From contig JAPEUD010000026.1 in NCBI GenBank assembly GCA_026026165.1, forward strand, positions 186,001-250,000: 64,000 bases of DNA. The letters are read 5' to 3'. The notes below the pieces were generated by a model that was given only the letters and a program-made list of their open reading frames with translations, ran no database searches and was not told the origin of the DNA. The translations under genes were made by a program, and so were the position numbers. Below are positions 11,558-23,200 of this stretch, piece by piece. The stretch comes from Sarea resinae. Lineage: Eukaryota. How positions within the stretch are numbered: the stretch's first letter is position 1; each line of letters begins with the position of its first letter.

Positions 11558-13732
11558 ATGGTCTCTCTCATCTCATCTGCCCCTAAGGCGCCTCCGACCT
11601 TTACAGCCCCCACTGCGAAAGCTCTTCCACGACGAGGACAGCTCGCGGGCACCGTGCGCAAACGAGATGAGAGCGAGCACGACATGGATTCCGACGCCAG
11701 GCCATCGAGTCCCAAACGCTCCAAGGTCGCCTTCGACCCAGATGTCGAGGTGCGCATCATGGGCGAGTGGGAAAAAACATTGGAGCTTGTCCGTGCCGAA
11801 GTTCGTCGTGGCATCGAGCAGCACTCGCTCGGTGATAACGCCGGCTACGACCAATTGAAGATGATCTTCTCCACGAGCGCCACTTCCGACGAGGCTTTCT
11901 CGCCGACCACCATGCGAAACTATACTCTTGCCTTGACGGGCAATGTCTCTCTGCTGGACCGATCTTGTTCGGGTCTCGTACACGCCATCCTCCATTGCGA
12001 CTGGCTTGGGCGGGACGAAGCTTTCGTGGCGTTGTATGTCCGATTCCTGGGGAATCTGGTTTCGGCGCAAGCAGTCTATGTGAGCGCTGCGTTGAAGATG
12101 CTCGTGGGACATCTAAGCAACCGTAAGCACCGCCAATCCGACCCTGCGCTGATGATGCTAATGCCACTGTCAGTCCACTCGTCTGCCGGCCGTCTGCCCA
12201 ATCATGCCGAGGTTCGACTGCCTCAGTTGTTCTCTCGAGCACACGCGGCTCTGAAATATCTCCTGCGACTGATCCCTTCAGCCAGTGGGGCTCTGGCACC
12301 CATCCTAGCGTCCGCCTTTCCACACCCCTCGGACAGCAAGAGAGCGCATATCACGTTTGTTCAGAATCTGCTCACCTTGATCGACTACGCTCCGGAGCTT
12401 CGATCAGAGGTGCTAGCATTGATTACCGAGCGACTGGTCAAGATCGATGTACAAGTGCAGGCCGACTTGGAGGACCTCGAAGAGGATGTCGAGGAGGGGC
12501 TGGTGGAGGATGTCTCTCAACGAGGACAGATGCCGTCCGAAGAGGCCGAGGACAGCGACGATAGCGATGACGAATCCGTTTCATCCGACGACTCGCTCGA
12601 CGAAGAAGCGCAACGCATCAAAGAAGTGAAATCCAACGTGTCCAAAATGGATTCGATTCTCGACGTTCTGTTTAGCTACTACTCGACCTCCTTTTCCCCA
12701 TCGTCCCCCTCCGCCGACCCCGAGCTTGCCTTTGATCTTCTTCTCAACCACTTCGCCACCATCATCCTTCCGACCTACCGCTCGCGACATACGCAATTCC
12801 TCCTGTTCCACTTTGCCCAGACTTCTCCATATCTCATCGATCAATTCGCCGGCGCCTGCGTCCACCTCGCGTTCGACAAGGGCCGTCCGGCCATCCTCAA
12901 GCAATCCGCCGCCGCCTATCTGGCTTCATTCGTCGCGCGCGGCGCACACGTGCCGCCGCATATCGTGCGTGACGTCTTCGACCTCATCGGCACGCACCTC
13001 GATGGCATCCGTCTCGAGCACGAAGCCTCGTGCCGCGGGCCCGATCTGCGCCGTTACACCACCTTCTACGCCATGGTGCAGGCGCTTCTCTACATCTTCT
13101 GCTTCCGGTGGCGCGATCTGCTCGTGCACCCCAATGACGACACGCTCGACCAGGACCACAGCTACAACGATGATGACGACCTTTTCGCCGACGGCAACCT
13201 CACGTGGGCCCCGGGCATCAAGACATGCCTCACCAACGCCATCTACTCGAAGTTCAACCCGCTGAAGATCTGCTCGCCGCCCATCGTCACCGAGTTCGCG
13301 CGCATTGCCAACCACCTCCGCTTCCTCTATGTGTTTCCGCTGCTCGAGAAAAACAAGCGGCTGCGCCTGACGTCCTCCTCGTCTCTCTCCTCGTCGTCAT
13401 CCTCGATGCCATCCACGCAGGTGGCGTCGACGACGATGACGACGAGTGCGGCCGCCAATGCGGCGAAATCGACGCAGTACGCGCAACAGTCCGTCGGCCG
13501 AGAGTCGGCGCTCAGCGTGCGCAAGGACGAGAGTTGGCTGCTGCTCGATGCGTATTTTCCCTTTGATCCGTATCTGCTGCCACGCAGTCGGCGGTGGGTC
13601 GAGGGGGACTATGTTGCGTGGAGGGGTGTGCCTGGTCTTGATGACGGCGATGGAGATGGGGAGGCGAGCAGTGAGAGTGAGGGGGAGGGTGAGGGTGAGA
13701 AGGACGGTTCCGAGACCGAGGGTGATGATTGA
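11558..13732 (+). CDS. RRN3: RNA polymerase I transcription initiation factor Rrn3 (likely one intron, 12123-12173)
   Basis: ITERLVKIDVQ, acidic loop, ILPTYRSRHTQFLLF, AAAYLASFVARG, FYAMVQALLYIFCFRWRDL, FNPLKIC, YFPFDPYLLP. Confidence 0.93.
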   Translation: MVSLISSAPKAPPTFTAPTAKALPRRGQLAGTVRKRDESEHDMDSDARPSSPKRSKVAFDPDVEVRIMGEWEKTLELVRAEVRRGIEQHSLGDNAGYDQLKMIFSTSATSDEAFSPTTMRNYTLALTGNVSLLDRSCSGLVHAILHCDWLGRDEAFVALYVRFLGNLVSAQAVYVSAALKMLVGHLSNRKHRQSDPALMMLMPLSVHSSAGRLPNHAEVRLPQLFSRAHAALKYLLRLIPSASGALAPILASAFPHPSDSKRAHITFVQNLLTLIDYAPELRSEVLALITERLVKIDVQVQADLEDLEEDVEEGLVEDVSQRGQMPSEEAEDSDDSDDESVSSDDSLDEEAQRIKEVKSNVSKMDSILDVLFSYYSTSFSPSSPSADPELAFDLLLNHFATIILPTYRSRHTQFLLFHFAQTSPYLIDQFAGACVHLAFDKGRPAILKQSAAAYLASFVARGAHVPPHIVRDVFDLIGTHLDGIRLEHEASCRGPDLRRYTTFYAMVQALLYIFCFRWRDLLVHPNDDTLDQDHSYNDDDDLFADGNLTWAPGIKTCLTNAIYSKFNPLKICSPPIVTEFARIANHLRFLYVFPLLEKNKRLRLTSSSSLSSSSSSMPSTQVASTTMTTSAAANAAKSTQYAQQSVGRESALSVRKDESWLLLDAYFPFDPYLLPRSRRWVEGDYVAWRGVPGLDDGDGDGEASSESEGEGEGEKDGSETEGDD

Positions 13733-14069
13733 TTAATCATTTGATGATTATTGGTGGTGGTGGTGCTCGTCGTCGTCGCTATCATCGTCATCACAATTTC
13801 GTGTTTCACTTTTCGCTTTTCCTTTCCGTCGACCGCGTCCATCAGCAAGGTGTTCCGGTCTGGTATAGTCTTTTCGTCTTTTCGTCTTTTCGTCTTTTCC
13901 CGTCTTTTCCCGTCTTTTCCTATACTGAGTGTCGTCTTGTCTGGCATCGTCTTAGTTCATCTTCTTCCATATCATCGCTCGGGCGTCTGGGTTTCGGTCT
14001 AGCTCTAGTCCTGGGTTGGGGTCTGGGTTCTACTTTATGCATGGCAAAAGAAAGATTCGTAGCTTGTTA

Positions 14070-14980
14070 GAATCATGGCTAGAAATTTCCATGGGTAGAA
14101 CTTCATGGCTTTTATAGCTTGATAGCTTGATAGCTTTATCACTCTAGGACTCGATGAATTCATGGCTTCATTTCGCAATCAAAGAACAGACTAGTCTTAT
14201 AAAAGTGCATTTAGGATGCATACACACGTGGAATAGGCTGTACTTACTGTAGAAAACTTACCCCTCTCTCTAACTGCTTTCTTTCCCTCTATAGGAAGAA
14301 GAAAGAAATATTAGGCATAGAATTCTCTTTCCTTTTCTTTCTCTCTTTCTCTATTCTCTCTTCTTCTTCTTACTTTCCTTCTCTCTCTCTCTTCTCTTAC
14401 TTACCTTACTTACCTTACCTACATTACCTTACTTTTTTCTGTCTCTCCTTTACTTACTTACCTATACACACACACTAAAAACCTAATAGCTAAAACTAAT
14501 AGCTAGAACCACCTAAGGTAGGTAATAGCTAAAACAGTCTAGTCTAGTCTAGTATAGTACTTCTAGAGTACTTCTAGAGTATTCTAAAAAGTATACATAG
14601 AAAGAAAAAAAAAGGAAGGACTAAAAGAAGAAAGACTTTTTTAATCTCGCGAATAAGAATAAGAATATTAATCTTTAAGCAACAAAGAAGAAAGAAGAAG
14701 AAAGAGAGAAAGATACTATTTTCTGACTCCTATATAGGTAGTAGAGTAGAATAGAGGAGAGTATCTAAGATATAAAGAAGAAGAAGAAGATTATAACACT
14801 ACTACTAATAAGGTAGAACCCTATACAGAGCCTGCCTCAATACCCTTCTTTAAATAAATCAACCTGTTTAAATAATCTTTTCTCCATCTCTCTCTAGCCT
14901 CTCTAGCCTCTCTATAAGTTATATGACTCTTACCTCTACCGCCATATAGTAGATAGAAGAGAGTAAGAATATAGGTAAAG

Positions 14981-15036
<56 letters not shown>

Positions 15037-15130
15037 AAGAGAGAAAAGCAGATATATATCTGTTATATGTATATATGTGTGTATATATATGTATAGCTAA
15101 TGATAGCAGAACCCCTAGAACCCTAATACC
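14070..15130. repeat. AT-rich low-complexity/microsatellite spacer ((CT)n, (GAA)n, (GA)n, (TA)n, short direct repeats) between convergent genes
   Basis: No ORF in 14070-14936. TpA-rich with few TG/CA dinucleotides; (GA)n at about 14985-15025. Confidence 0.8.
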
Positions 15131-15299
15131 CTCCCTATTCAAGAATATAATGCAAGAAATCTGATGCAGGAAATAATGCAAGCCGTGGCGGCCTGCTTTG
15201 AGCGCGCCAAACCCTCCCCCCCCCTCTGCCGGGGTTGTAGGACTTTCCAGGACCGAGATGGGAAAAAGAGCCAAAGAAAAAAATGGCCACAAAAAAAAC

Positions 15300-18200
15300 T
15301 CATCGCGCCACTCTCTTGCCCACCCCGACACCACCACCACCACCACCACCCACCCCGCTCTCGTCGCCCACGACGCCACCACCATCCCACCTCCTCTTCC
15401 CCCCATACGCGCCCTCGAACACGGACGCCACACTGTCGCGCCACGCCTGCGCCGACACGCTGGGCGCCACAAACGCTTGCGGCTGCTGCGGCGGGGCCGA
15501 CGCGTAGCCCGACGCGGCGCCCGGATGCTGCTGTTGTTGCGGAAGCTGCTGGCCGGATAGACCCGAGCCGGCGCCGATGGAGTGCGGGGAGGTGGCGTCT
15601 TGGAGCTGGGCGAGATCGGCCGTGCCTGTGGATGAAGAACGGGGGAGAGAGGTGAGCGGTGGAGACGTGGTAGAGGATGAAGAAGAAGGGTGGTGGGTTT
15701 GGTGGTGGGCTTGGTGGTGCGGGTGAGGGTGACGTCTCGGGTGAGCCTGTTGCTGCGGAGGGTGGGGTGGAGTTGCGTCTGGAGGGACTTGGGACGGGTG
15801 AAGAGGAGGGGGTTGGGGAGGAGCAGGCGTACCAAATGCTGTGTTCCATTGACTTAATCGACATTAGCCCTTGCAATCGCTAAATCAAAAATCCTCGACT
15901 TACTCAAATATCCGCGTTGGGTTCCACACCAGCGGATCCTCGAGATGGACGGGTGCCGAGGTGCCTGAGAGTGGCGTTCGCTGCTGCGGATGCTGTTGTC
16001 GTTGACTCCCCGATGCCATCATGACAAGCGACTGCGCCGGAGATTCACCCTTGGGATCCAGCCCACCCGCGGAAATCGGCGGCGTGATCGGATGCGGCGA
16101 GTACGGCATTTGATTCGCGCGGGCCGCCGCCGCCGACGCAGCCATATGCCCGCTGACGTCGCTATGACTGCGATACTGCATGTCCGGTGGAATCGACGTG
16201 GCCTGGAGGACGGTAGGCGAAGGAGTGTCATAAGGAAACGAGGGCTTGAGGGTGAATGGCTTGGTGATGTCGGCCGAGAAGGCTTCCCGAAGAGCTTGCA
16301 CCTGTGCTTGCATCTCTGGCATCGGCCATGATTGCACGCACTGTTCCAGGATCCTCATGTGTCGAGTGAAGTATTCCTTGGCCTGGTAGTTGATCTCCGG
16401 GTCAGGAGAGGTGATGGCGACCAAGTGTAGCATTGTACAGGTCAGCACAGCATAGATCGCGGTATTGATACCCCGCTGCATGCAAAGCAATCCCGCGAGG
16501 CCGAAATTCTGTAGGATCGCCTCCTGGAGTCTGCACATGTTCTTGGCCGCGGTATAGCACTGCAACATGTTCTCCCTCCAGGTGCTACTCACGCCGGTCG
16601 AATCGTGAAACGCGAGCTGAGGACGATGAAGCATGATGATGCTGAGGTTGTAGTAGGCGTTCAGATTTCCGATGAAATGCGACGGAATCCAAGGAGGGGA
16701 GCTATCGGGAGGAAACATGACTTGCAGATCCTGGGGTAGATCGTGCATCCATGCGGTAAATCGGGGATTTAGCTGCAAGAACTCCGGGTCGCTCCCCCAA
16801 TCCGGCTTCTTCCTGACCCGGCCATAGACGTCGTTCATTCGACGAATATTGGCCACGCAGCTGACAAAGTAGGTATACTGGCGAGAGATCTGAAAGTCCG
16901 ACTCATCGAGAGTGGGAGAAGGGTGGATGGTTAGATCGACTGTTTCCGGATCAACGCCCATGTCAAATCGGCCTACAGACGTCAATGTTGTTCGGTAAAT
17001 CGAGATCAAGAGACAAACCTTGTGGACCGCCAATCATCATCTCACATACAAATAGTGTTTGCCAGACACGCGTCTTCGTAATGCAATCGTGAAGCGTCGA
17101 GCCGCAGGGCTTGCCCGCCTGATGTAATTCGTAATGCTCGTCTAAGCCCAGATCCTTCGCCATCGAGACTAGTGTGACGACTGTCATCCAGGACCGATAA
17201 TAATAGCCCCTCTTTGGAGCCGACTCACGCGCCTTGAGAACCAAGAGCATCGCTTGTAATGTGCTCAGGCGAGGTACGTCCATGAAGCTGTCCGCATGTC
17301 CTGTTCCAACAGTTAGCACAGATCGAGACAATTTCCTCGGTCGACCTACTTCCAGCGAGAGCGAGCCATTTTGCTCCTTGCACCGGGTCATCCGATAACC
17401 GGGCAGAGCAAGCAAAGATCGCCTCCAGAAGAAGCGGCGAAATTGTGTCTCTATTTGTATCCCATTGTTGAAAGAAATACGAACGATTGATCACCGGAAC
17501 ATAAGGATGGATGTTTTGGAAGAAGAAATTGAAGTAATTCATGGCTTGCTCGTCAGTCGGCATCAATTCTGCAGGTATTCGAACCTTGTCTCCGGGACTG
17601 ATGGGCGTTGGCGGGAGATTAAACTCGAATTCCTCGAGTGCCGGGGCTTCCGCGAGGCTTTTCTTCTGCCGTGTGATATAAGGGGCTGTCCTGTCAGCAC
17701 CTTCCTCTGCCTCGAGAATAAGCCAATCGTACCTAGACCGGTTTCGTCAATTTTCAATTCCCCAAGGGCACCACTTAAGCTCATCGCCGCATATTGATCT
17801 TGCTGCCATGTCGCTCCATTTTCACCGGGCATGGGTTGCGATGCTGATGTTGCGTACATGGCCGGCTGTTGATACGAATAACCAGCCACATCTCCACGAG
17901 GTGCCTGATTCATATCATAGGGGATCTCATGCTGAGGACTTGATTGTGGCATATATGGTCCAGTCTGATACGCTCTGCCAGTTTCGTCGTAGGCTACATG
18001 CCCCGCATAGCCCTGATCTGAACCGCTGTCGCCGGTCAAGTGTTGCTGTATCGACGGGTGCTGACCGTAATCGTCCTCGCCACTTCCGCTGGATCCATCG
18101 AAATCCTGAGGCTGATCTGAACTTGACCCTTGTCCTCCGGAGGCGTAATCCTTGTCATAATTCACCGTAGGAGGCACGCAATGCAGCTTCAATCGTATAC

Positions 18201-18529
18201 ATGCCGAGCATGGCCAAGTATTGGTCGTTGCCGCATCACACTTGATCTTGCGTCTTCTGCAACCCTCGCAGGCTCGCATCACTGGTCAACTTTCAGCAAT
18301 CATGCAAGCATGCTCGGAACATAGAAGCTCACCCTTAAGCCGCTTGTGGCGATTGTGCTCATCAACGAAGACATAGTCTATTAGATCTACTGTTAGCTTT
18401 CGGTAGAGGAAGCTCTCAGACTATCGTACTTTTTTGATTCTCCCGCGGGCCAAGATTTGGCGGCGCAAACGCAAAGGTCTGCATTTGCCCGGTTTGCGGC
18501 AAAAGTCGCCGGCCACCGGGGTCCGCCAT
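15300..18529 (-). CDS. Zn(II)2Cys6 transcription factor with fungal-specific TF middle domain (7 exons: 18529-18430, 18377-18333, 18281-17733, 17685-17350, 17300-17019, 16972-15904, 15852-15300)
   Basis: Spliced N-terminus MADPGGRRLLPQ..PRENQKNYVFVDEHNRHKRLKVMRACEGCRRRKIKCD..CSACIRLKLHC (CX2CX6CX9CX2CX6C). Also YFNFFFQNIHPYVPVI, LSTLQAMLL and PTRIFDQWNTAFG. All six introns are GT-AG. Confidence 0.92.
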
Positions 18530-20160
18530 TCAAGAGGACAATAAACAGGGAGTGGCCTCAATCGTTAAAGAAACCCAAAAGGACCTGCCCGTCGAGTGAG
18601 AGACTGCTCTAGGCGCGGCAAACCAGGCGCGTACTGCCGTATTGACGTCGTTTCAACGAGCAACGGGACGAATTTGTGACAGAGTAGAGATGTCCAAAAA
18701 TTGGCAGACCGGAATCGGAGAAGGAAATATACAGAATTCAAGATCAAGCGTTGTATGGCGAAGATTGATATAAATTTCCAACGTGTCGTGATTTATGCGC
18801 TCTGCCAACAATGTCGAGATGCTGGATGTTTGGCGAGATGATGATAGCGAAATATGGAGCGTGAAGTAGTAATGGTTTCACAAGCGTCGCAAAGGTCTCC
18901 CGGCGGCGGCGCAAATATCAGCACCACAGCCACTCAGATCCCGGGAAACATTAATATGGCTTCAATATGGGAATTTCAATGGCAGTAAGCGGCAGGACGC
19001 TCGATTGTCTCTCAAGCGCAACCGAAATATTAGCAGACTGGCCCGCGAAGGTGTAATTCTCAATCGCGAGCGGACAGCGACAGATGCAACGGATGCCCGC
19101 AAACGCGTCGACTTGATTGTGGAAACCCAAGGAGACCTTGAGGATCCAGGTGTGCCTGGAACTGGATTGTAGCGCCTGTGCGATGATCAACTAGGGCTCG
19201 TAGAGTTGGCGATGGCTCTCGAGTAGCATCGCATGCGACCTCTGTGTAATTCGCGAAACAGCGCAGCGAGCGAGGGCTGCGTCGTGACTGTCGTAACCAC
19301 CTCCACCAGATGGCGTCCTAGCTTTTTGTTTTCCAAATATGAGTGCGGTTCTCGCCAGTCAAACAGTCGCGACGATTGTTCCTCCTGGGGTATCGAAGAG
19401 AAGATGATCCAGTCAATATGTGCCGGTTCCCGTCAGCCACGCTGACCGATAAAACTGGTTGGAGGGTGAGGAGACCTGCTCTCAACGATGGATGAAGATA
19501 AGCAGCGACGGTCCCGGAAAGGATTGCAAGGGCCGGGGCAGTCAATTGGGCCAAAAAGAGCGAAAATGGTGTATCAAGGCAAAGGAAGGAAGAGAAGGTC
19601 GGTTTGAAGAAACAATAATAGCAAAAGCGCATTGACAGAAAGAAAGGTGCAGCAACAGTGAGAGCAGCAGGACCAGCAGCAGCAGCAGCAGCGGCTAGTG
19701 GTGAGGTCAGGGAACTTGGGGGCAAGGGAACTAGCAGACAAGCAAGCAAGCATTAGAGGCAAGCCAGCAGGCATCAGAAGCAGACAGGCAAGCCAGCAGG
19801 CAGGCAGGCAGGCAAGCAAGCAACAGAGACACCGACAGACAGACTCACAGGCCGTTGCGCAGATGCTGGGATGATCGGGCGGACCGACAGGGCCCTACGG
19901 GTACTAGGCTGGACTATGCTTGGCTATGATTGACTATGATTTACTATTGATTTACCATGATTTACTAGAAGCTTGCTAGGAGGATACATGAGGTCAGTAG
20001 CGTCGCTGACGGGACTCGACGATATTTGGGGGAGGGGAGTTGCATGGACGAAGTACTTACTGCGTAGTGTGTAATCCGCGCCATGTTTGTTCAGGCCTGG
20101 CAAGACCTTACGAGTAGTGTTTGCCTGCCTGCCTTAGCCGTTAGGGGGGGCCAGAGAATC

Positions 20161-20234
20161 ATGTAGGGGGGGAGAGGAGAGGAGGGGAAGGGGAAGGGAA
20201 AGGAAAGGAAGGGGAGGGGAGGGGAGGGGAGGGG
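20161..20234. repeat. Polypurine G-run tract (GGGGA/GGAAA units)
   Basis: Direct reading; lies upstream of the TF. Confidence 0.75.
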
Positions 20235-23200
20235 TCGAAGCAGTACGGAGTAGGTAAGGTACTCGGAGTACTTCATCGACCAGGGAAGTATCATCATACA
20301 TCAAGGTATCCAATGTAGCCTCATCGGTAGGGTCAGGTACTAGGTAAGGGAAGGTAAGGGAAGGTCAGGTAAGGCATGAGCAGAGTCCGAGTAGAGTGGG
20401 AGAGTGGGTACGGGAGAGTAAGGTGTGTAGGTCAGAGAGTGATGGAGTCAATGGTGGTCCTGAATGCAATAATGCTCTACTGCTCTACTGCTCTACTGCT
20501 CAGACTCGTACTCGACTCTGGTCGTGCCCATGGACGGGCAATTGGACTGGCAATGATGGTCGTCGTCTGTACGGATCCTCATACTCTACTCCGGAGTAGT
20601 ACTTCGTACTCTCGAGCAGACCGACCATGGCGGTGATCGACAGCACAACTTGCCAATAGACACCGCGACAGCTCGCGGCAGCCGTAGTCGGTTGTGTTGT
20701 GTTGTGTGCGAAGGGGAAGAATCATCGATCCGTCGATCCATCGATCCATCACTCTATCGCTTCATCCTCTGGCCACGGAGGACTCCGTCTCTGCCATGGT
20801 CTGTCTACTGTGTAGTAGATACTCTACTGGCCGTCTACTGATCGTCTTGCCCACGCAAGGCCAAAGGCATCATGGATGGCATCGAGACATGGAGACATTG
20901 AGACATCTAGATCGGGCCAGACAACAACACATTGGATCCATTGGAGAAGAAGACAGACTAGGCGCTAGTCTATCTCACTGACTACCGTAAGTTCGTAGGT
21001 AGGTACTAACTTTAGGTGACTGTCTACTAGAGGGAGAGCAATTGAGCACCAACACACGGCGTTGAATCATCGTCGACGTTCTGCCACTAGAGGAAGACTG
21101 ACGGGGCACGAAAAGGCAAGGCGAAGGGACCCAGGGGACAATCCCAGACCCGAATAGCTGGGAGCCTGGCAAATGGGAGAGGAATCTTTTACGTTTCCAC
21201 GACTTCGTACAATAAAGACGCAAATCCATCGGATGAGTAATCGCATCGCCTGCGAGAGTGTGCAGCGAGCCGAGGCGCAACCTCCAGCAAACCTCCAGCC
21301 TCGACTACCTACCTACCTACCTGACTACGGTACAGATCTGAATAAAATGGTGTAATGAGAAACACGCAACAACCGAATCTTGACGCTGCAGATAGTCGCA
21401 AAATACAGATAACCAACTACTTTAGTTCTACAGCACAGTTGTAGTCTCTGCTGCATCCCTCGCCCTCTCTACTACGAAGGTACTCCCCTCGACAGACGAC
21501 AGGCCACGATCACCCGCCTGAGGAGCGAATACGGAAGCTCATTTGGTTCGCGAACATGCCACAGGCATTGGAGGACGACTCGAGCCCCCAATGCACGGCC
21601 GTGTATCGTCCAAGGTGAGGCACGTAGGGACGAGAGAACGAGAACTGTAAAGCTTGCCGTCTCGTCGCTTTGACCCGTATTCGTGGATCTCAGTATCATC
21701 TTACTCGGGCCCATTGCATTCCATCTCCGCAACCCTGGTGAAGAGCACCGCTTCGATAACAACAATGGTGATAATCATACATAAATCGAAACAATCAATA
21801 TCTACAGGGGCGAAAATGCCATGTGCCCTGCCTTCAATCCGAACTGACCGTACGAGCAATCATATGCTCTGCCCTACTCTGCTTCTCCGCCCAGCTTTTA
21901 TTGCCGCATATCGTTGAATGAAAGCCACCATCTGACGGCACGGTTCGATCTCATCAACCTGCACAGATAGACATGGACCTCTGCTCTCTCTACCGGGTTG
22001 GTCGCCTGGATGCTACTCAAGTGCCGTAATTCGCACCTTGCCCAAGGGACTCTTGTCCTTCTTGAACCACCAGTGCGCTCCACTCAAAGGGGCTCTTGAC
22101 TTGGGCCCTGACCCTTGACCTCTGGACCATCGCCCAACAGCTCCCTGCGCCGAAGCAAGATTTGGTTAGCCGTGCAAAGAGCGTCGTGGTCACTACACAG
22201 TACTCTAGCGGCAGTGAGAAGACCACTGTGGCTCTACGAATACTCGTCCGCATGCCCCCCTCCCCACTCGATCTGGAGAGGATCAGCCGGCGAATCATCA
22301 CGATTCCCCATCCATGAATTGAGATTACGGTTATTCTCCGGCCAGGGTCGAGAGTCGAGGACGAAACGTCCGCTCGACCGTGTGTACAGACCATGTAGAC
22401 TATGTAGTAGGAGGTCCGTCCGTCACTACTCGGCCGCTGGCTCGACAGAAAGCCCTCTGGGGTTACGAGTGGAATACATCGGTACCTCGCACATGGATTC
22501 CAGCACATGGACGTGATCAGTGCGCTGCATTGGCGTTCCGTCAACTGACATTCGCTTTTGCGTCTGCTGCAGTGGGCAGATACGAGCCAACCAAGCCAGC
22601 TATCAAAAGTCGCTTGCCTTCTTCTCGCGAGGATGATTGGACTTATGTTGGTGAGCATCAACCTGATCTTGGTGCCAATAATGCCTCGCAAGTGTCGCGG
22701 GCCCCGTCCGCGATGCACGACACGTGCGGAGCCAAGAGACCAATGTCCAATGTAGGTGTCAAGGCGGTTTCAACGTCTTGATGGTAAGCCGTCTTACCTT
22801 GGCTTTGACTGGGTACCTCCAGCTCCCCACTACTATGAGTATCGCTGTACATGCCTCCATTCGTGTCTATGAAGTACTCTAGCACGGTTGACGAACGGCT
22901 ACCTAGCTTGTTAGCTGCTCATCTCCAGACGTGGAAGCTGCCAGGAATATTCTGCCGCGGGTTCTGCAACCCCTTGACTGGGATGGCGGGTCTGGTAGGG
23001 GCCTTGTCGTGGAGGCAAGTGGCATGGCTTGAGATCCAACGTATCCGCCCGTTCGTACCCCGGATACTGTGCTTGAGAGTATGCTCGATGTGGTTTGCGG
23101 CACAGCAAAGCTGCAGGAGACGATAGACAAGCCATCCCGCGCCAGAGCAAAAGCCCCGTCCATGTCCAATGAGAGACCAAGGGGCAAGTGTGCTCGGCTG

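Noticed and set aside
14936..15876. 299-aa and 245-aa minus-strand ORFs
   Set aside because: Alternative frames of the GC-rich last exon of the TF; the true frame (DQWNTAFGTP..) stops at 15300.
15300..18529. Assigning a named orthologue to the Zn2Cys6 TF
   Set aside because: The family is clear, but I cannot establish orthology without reciprocal BLAST or phylogeny.
22017..22718. 233-aa minus-strand ORF
   Set aside because: No domain-like content or codon bias, and no supporting splice structure.
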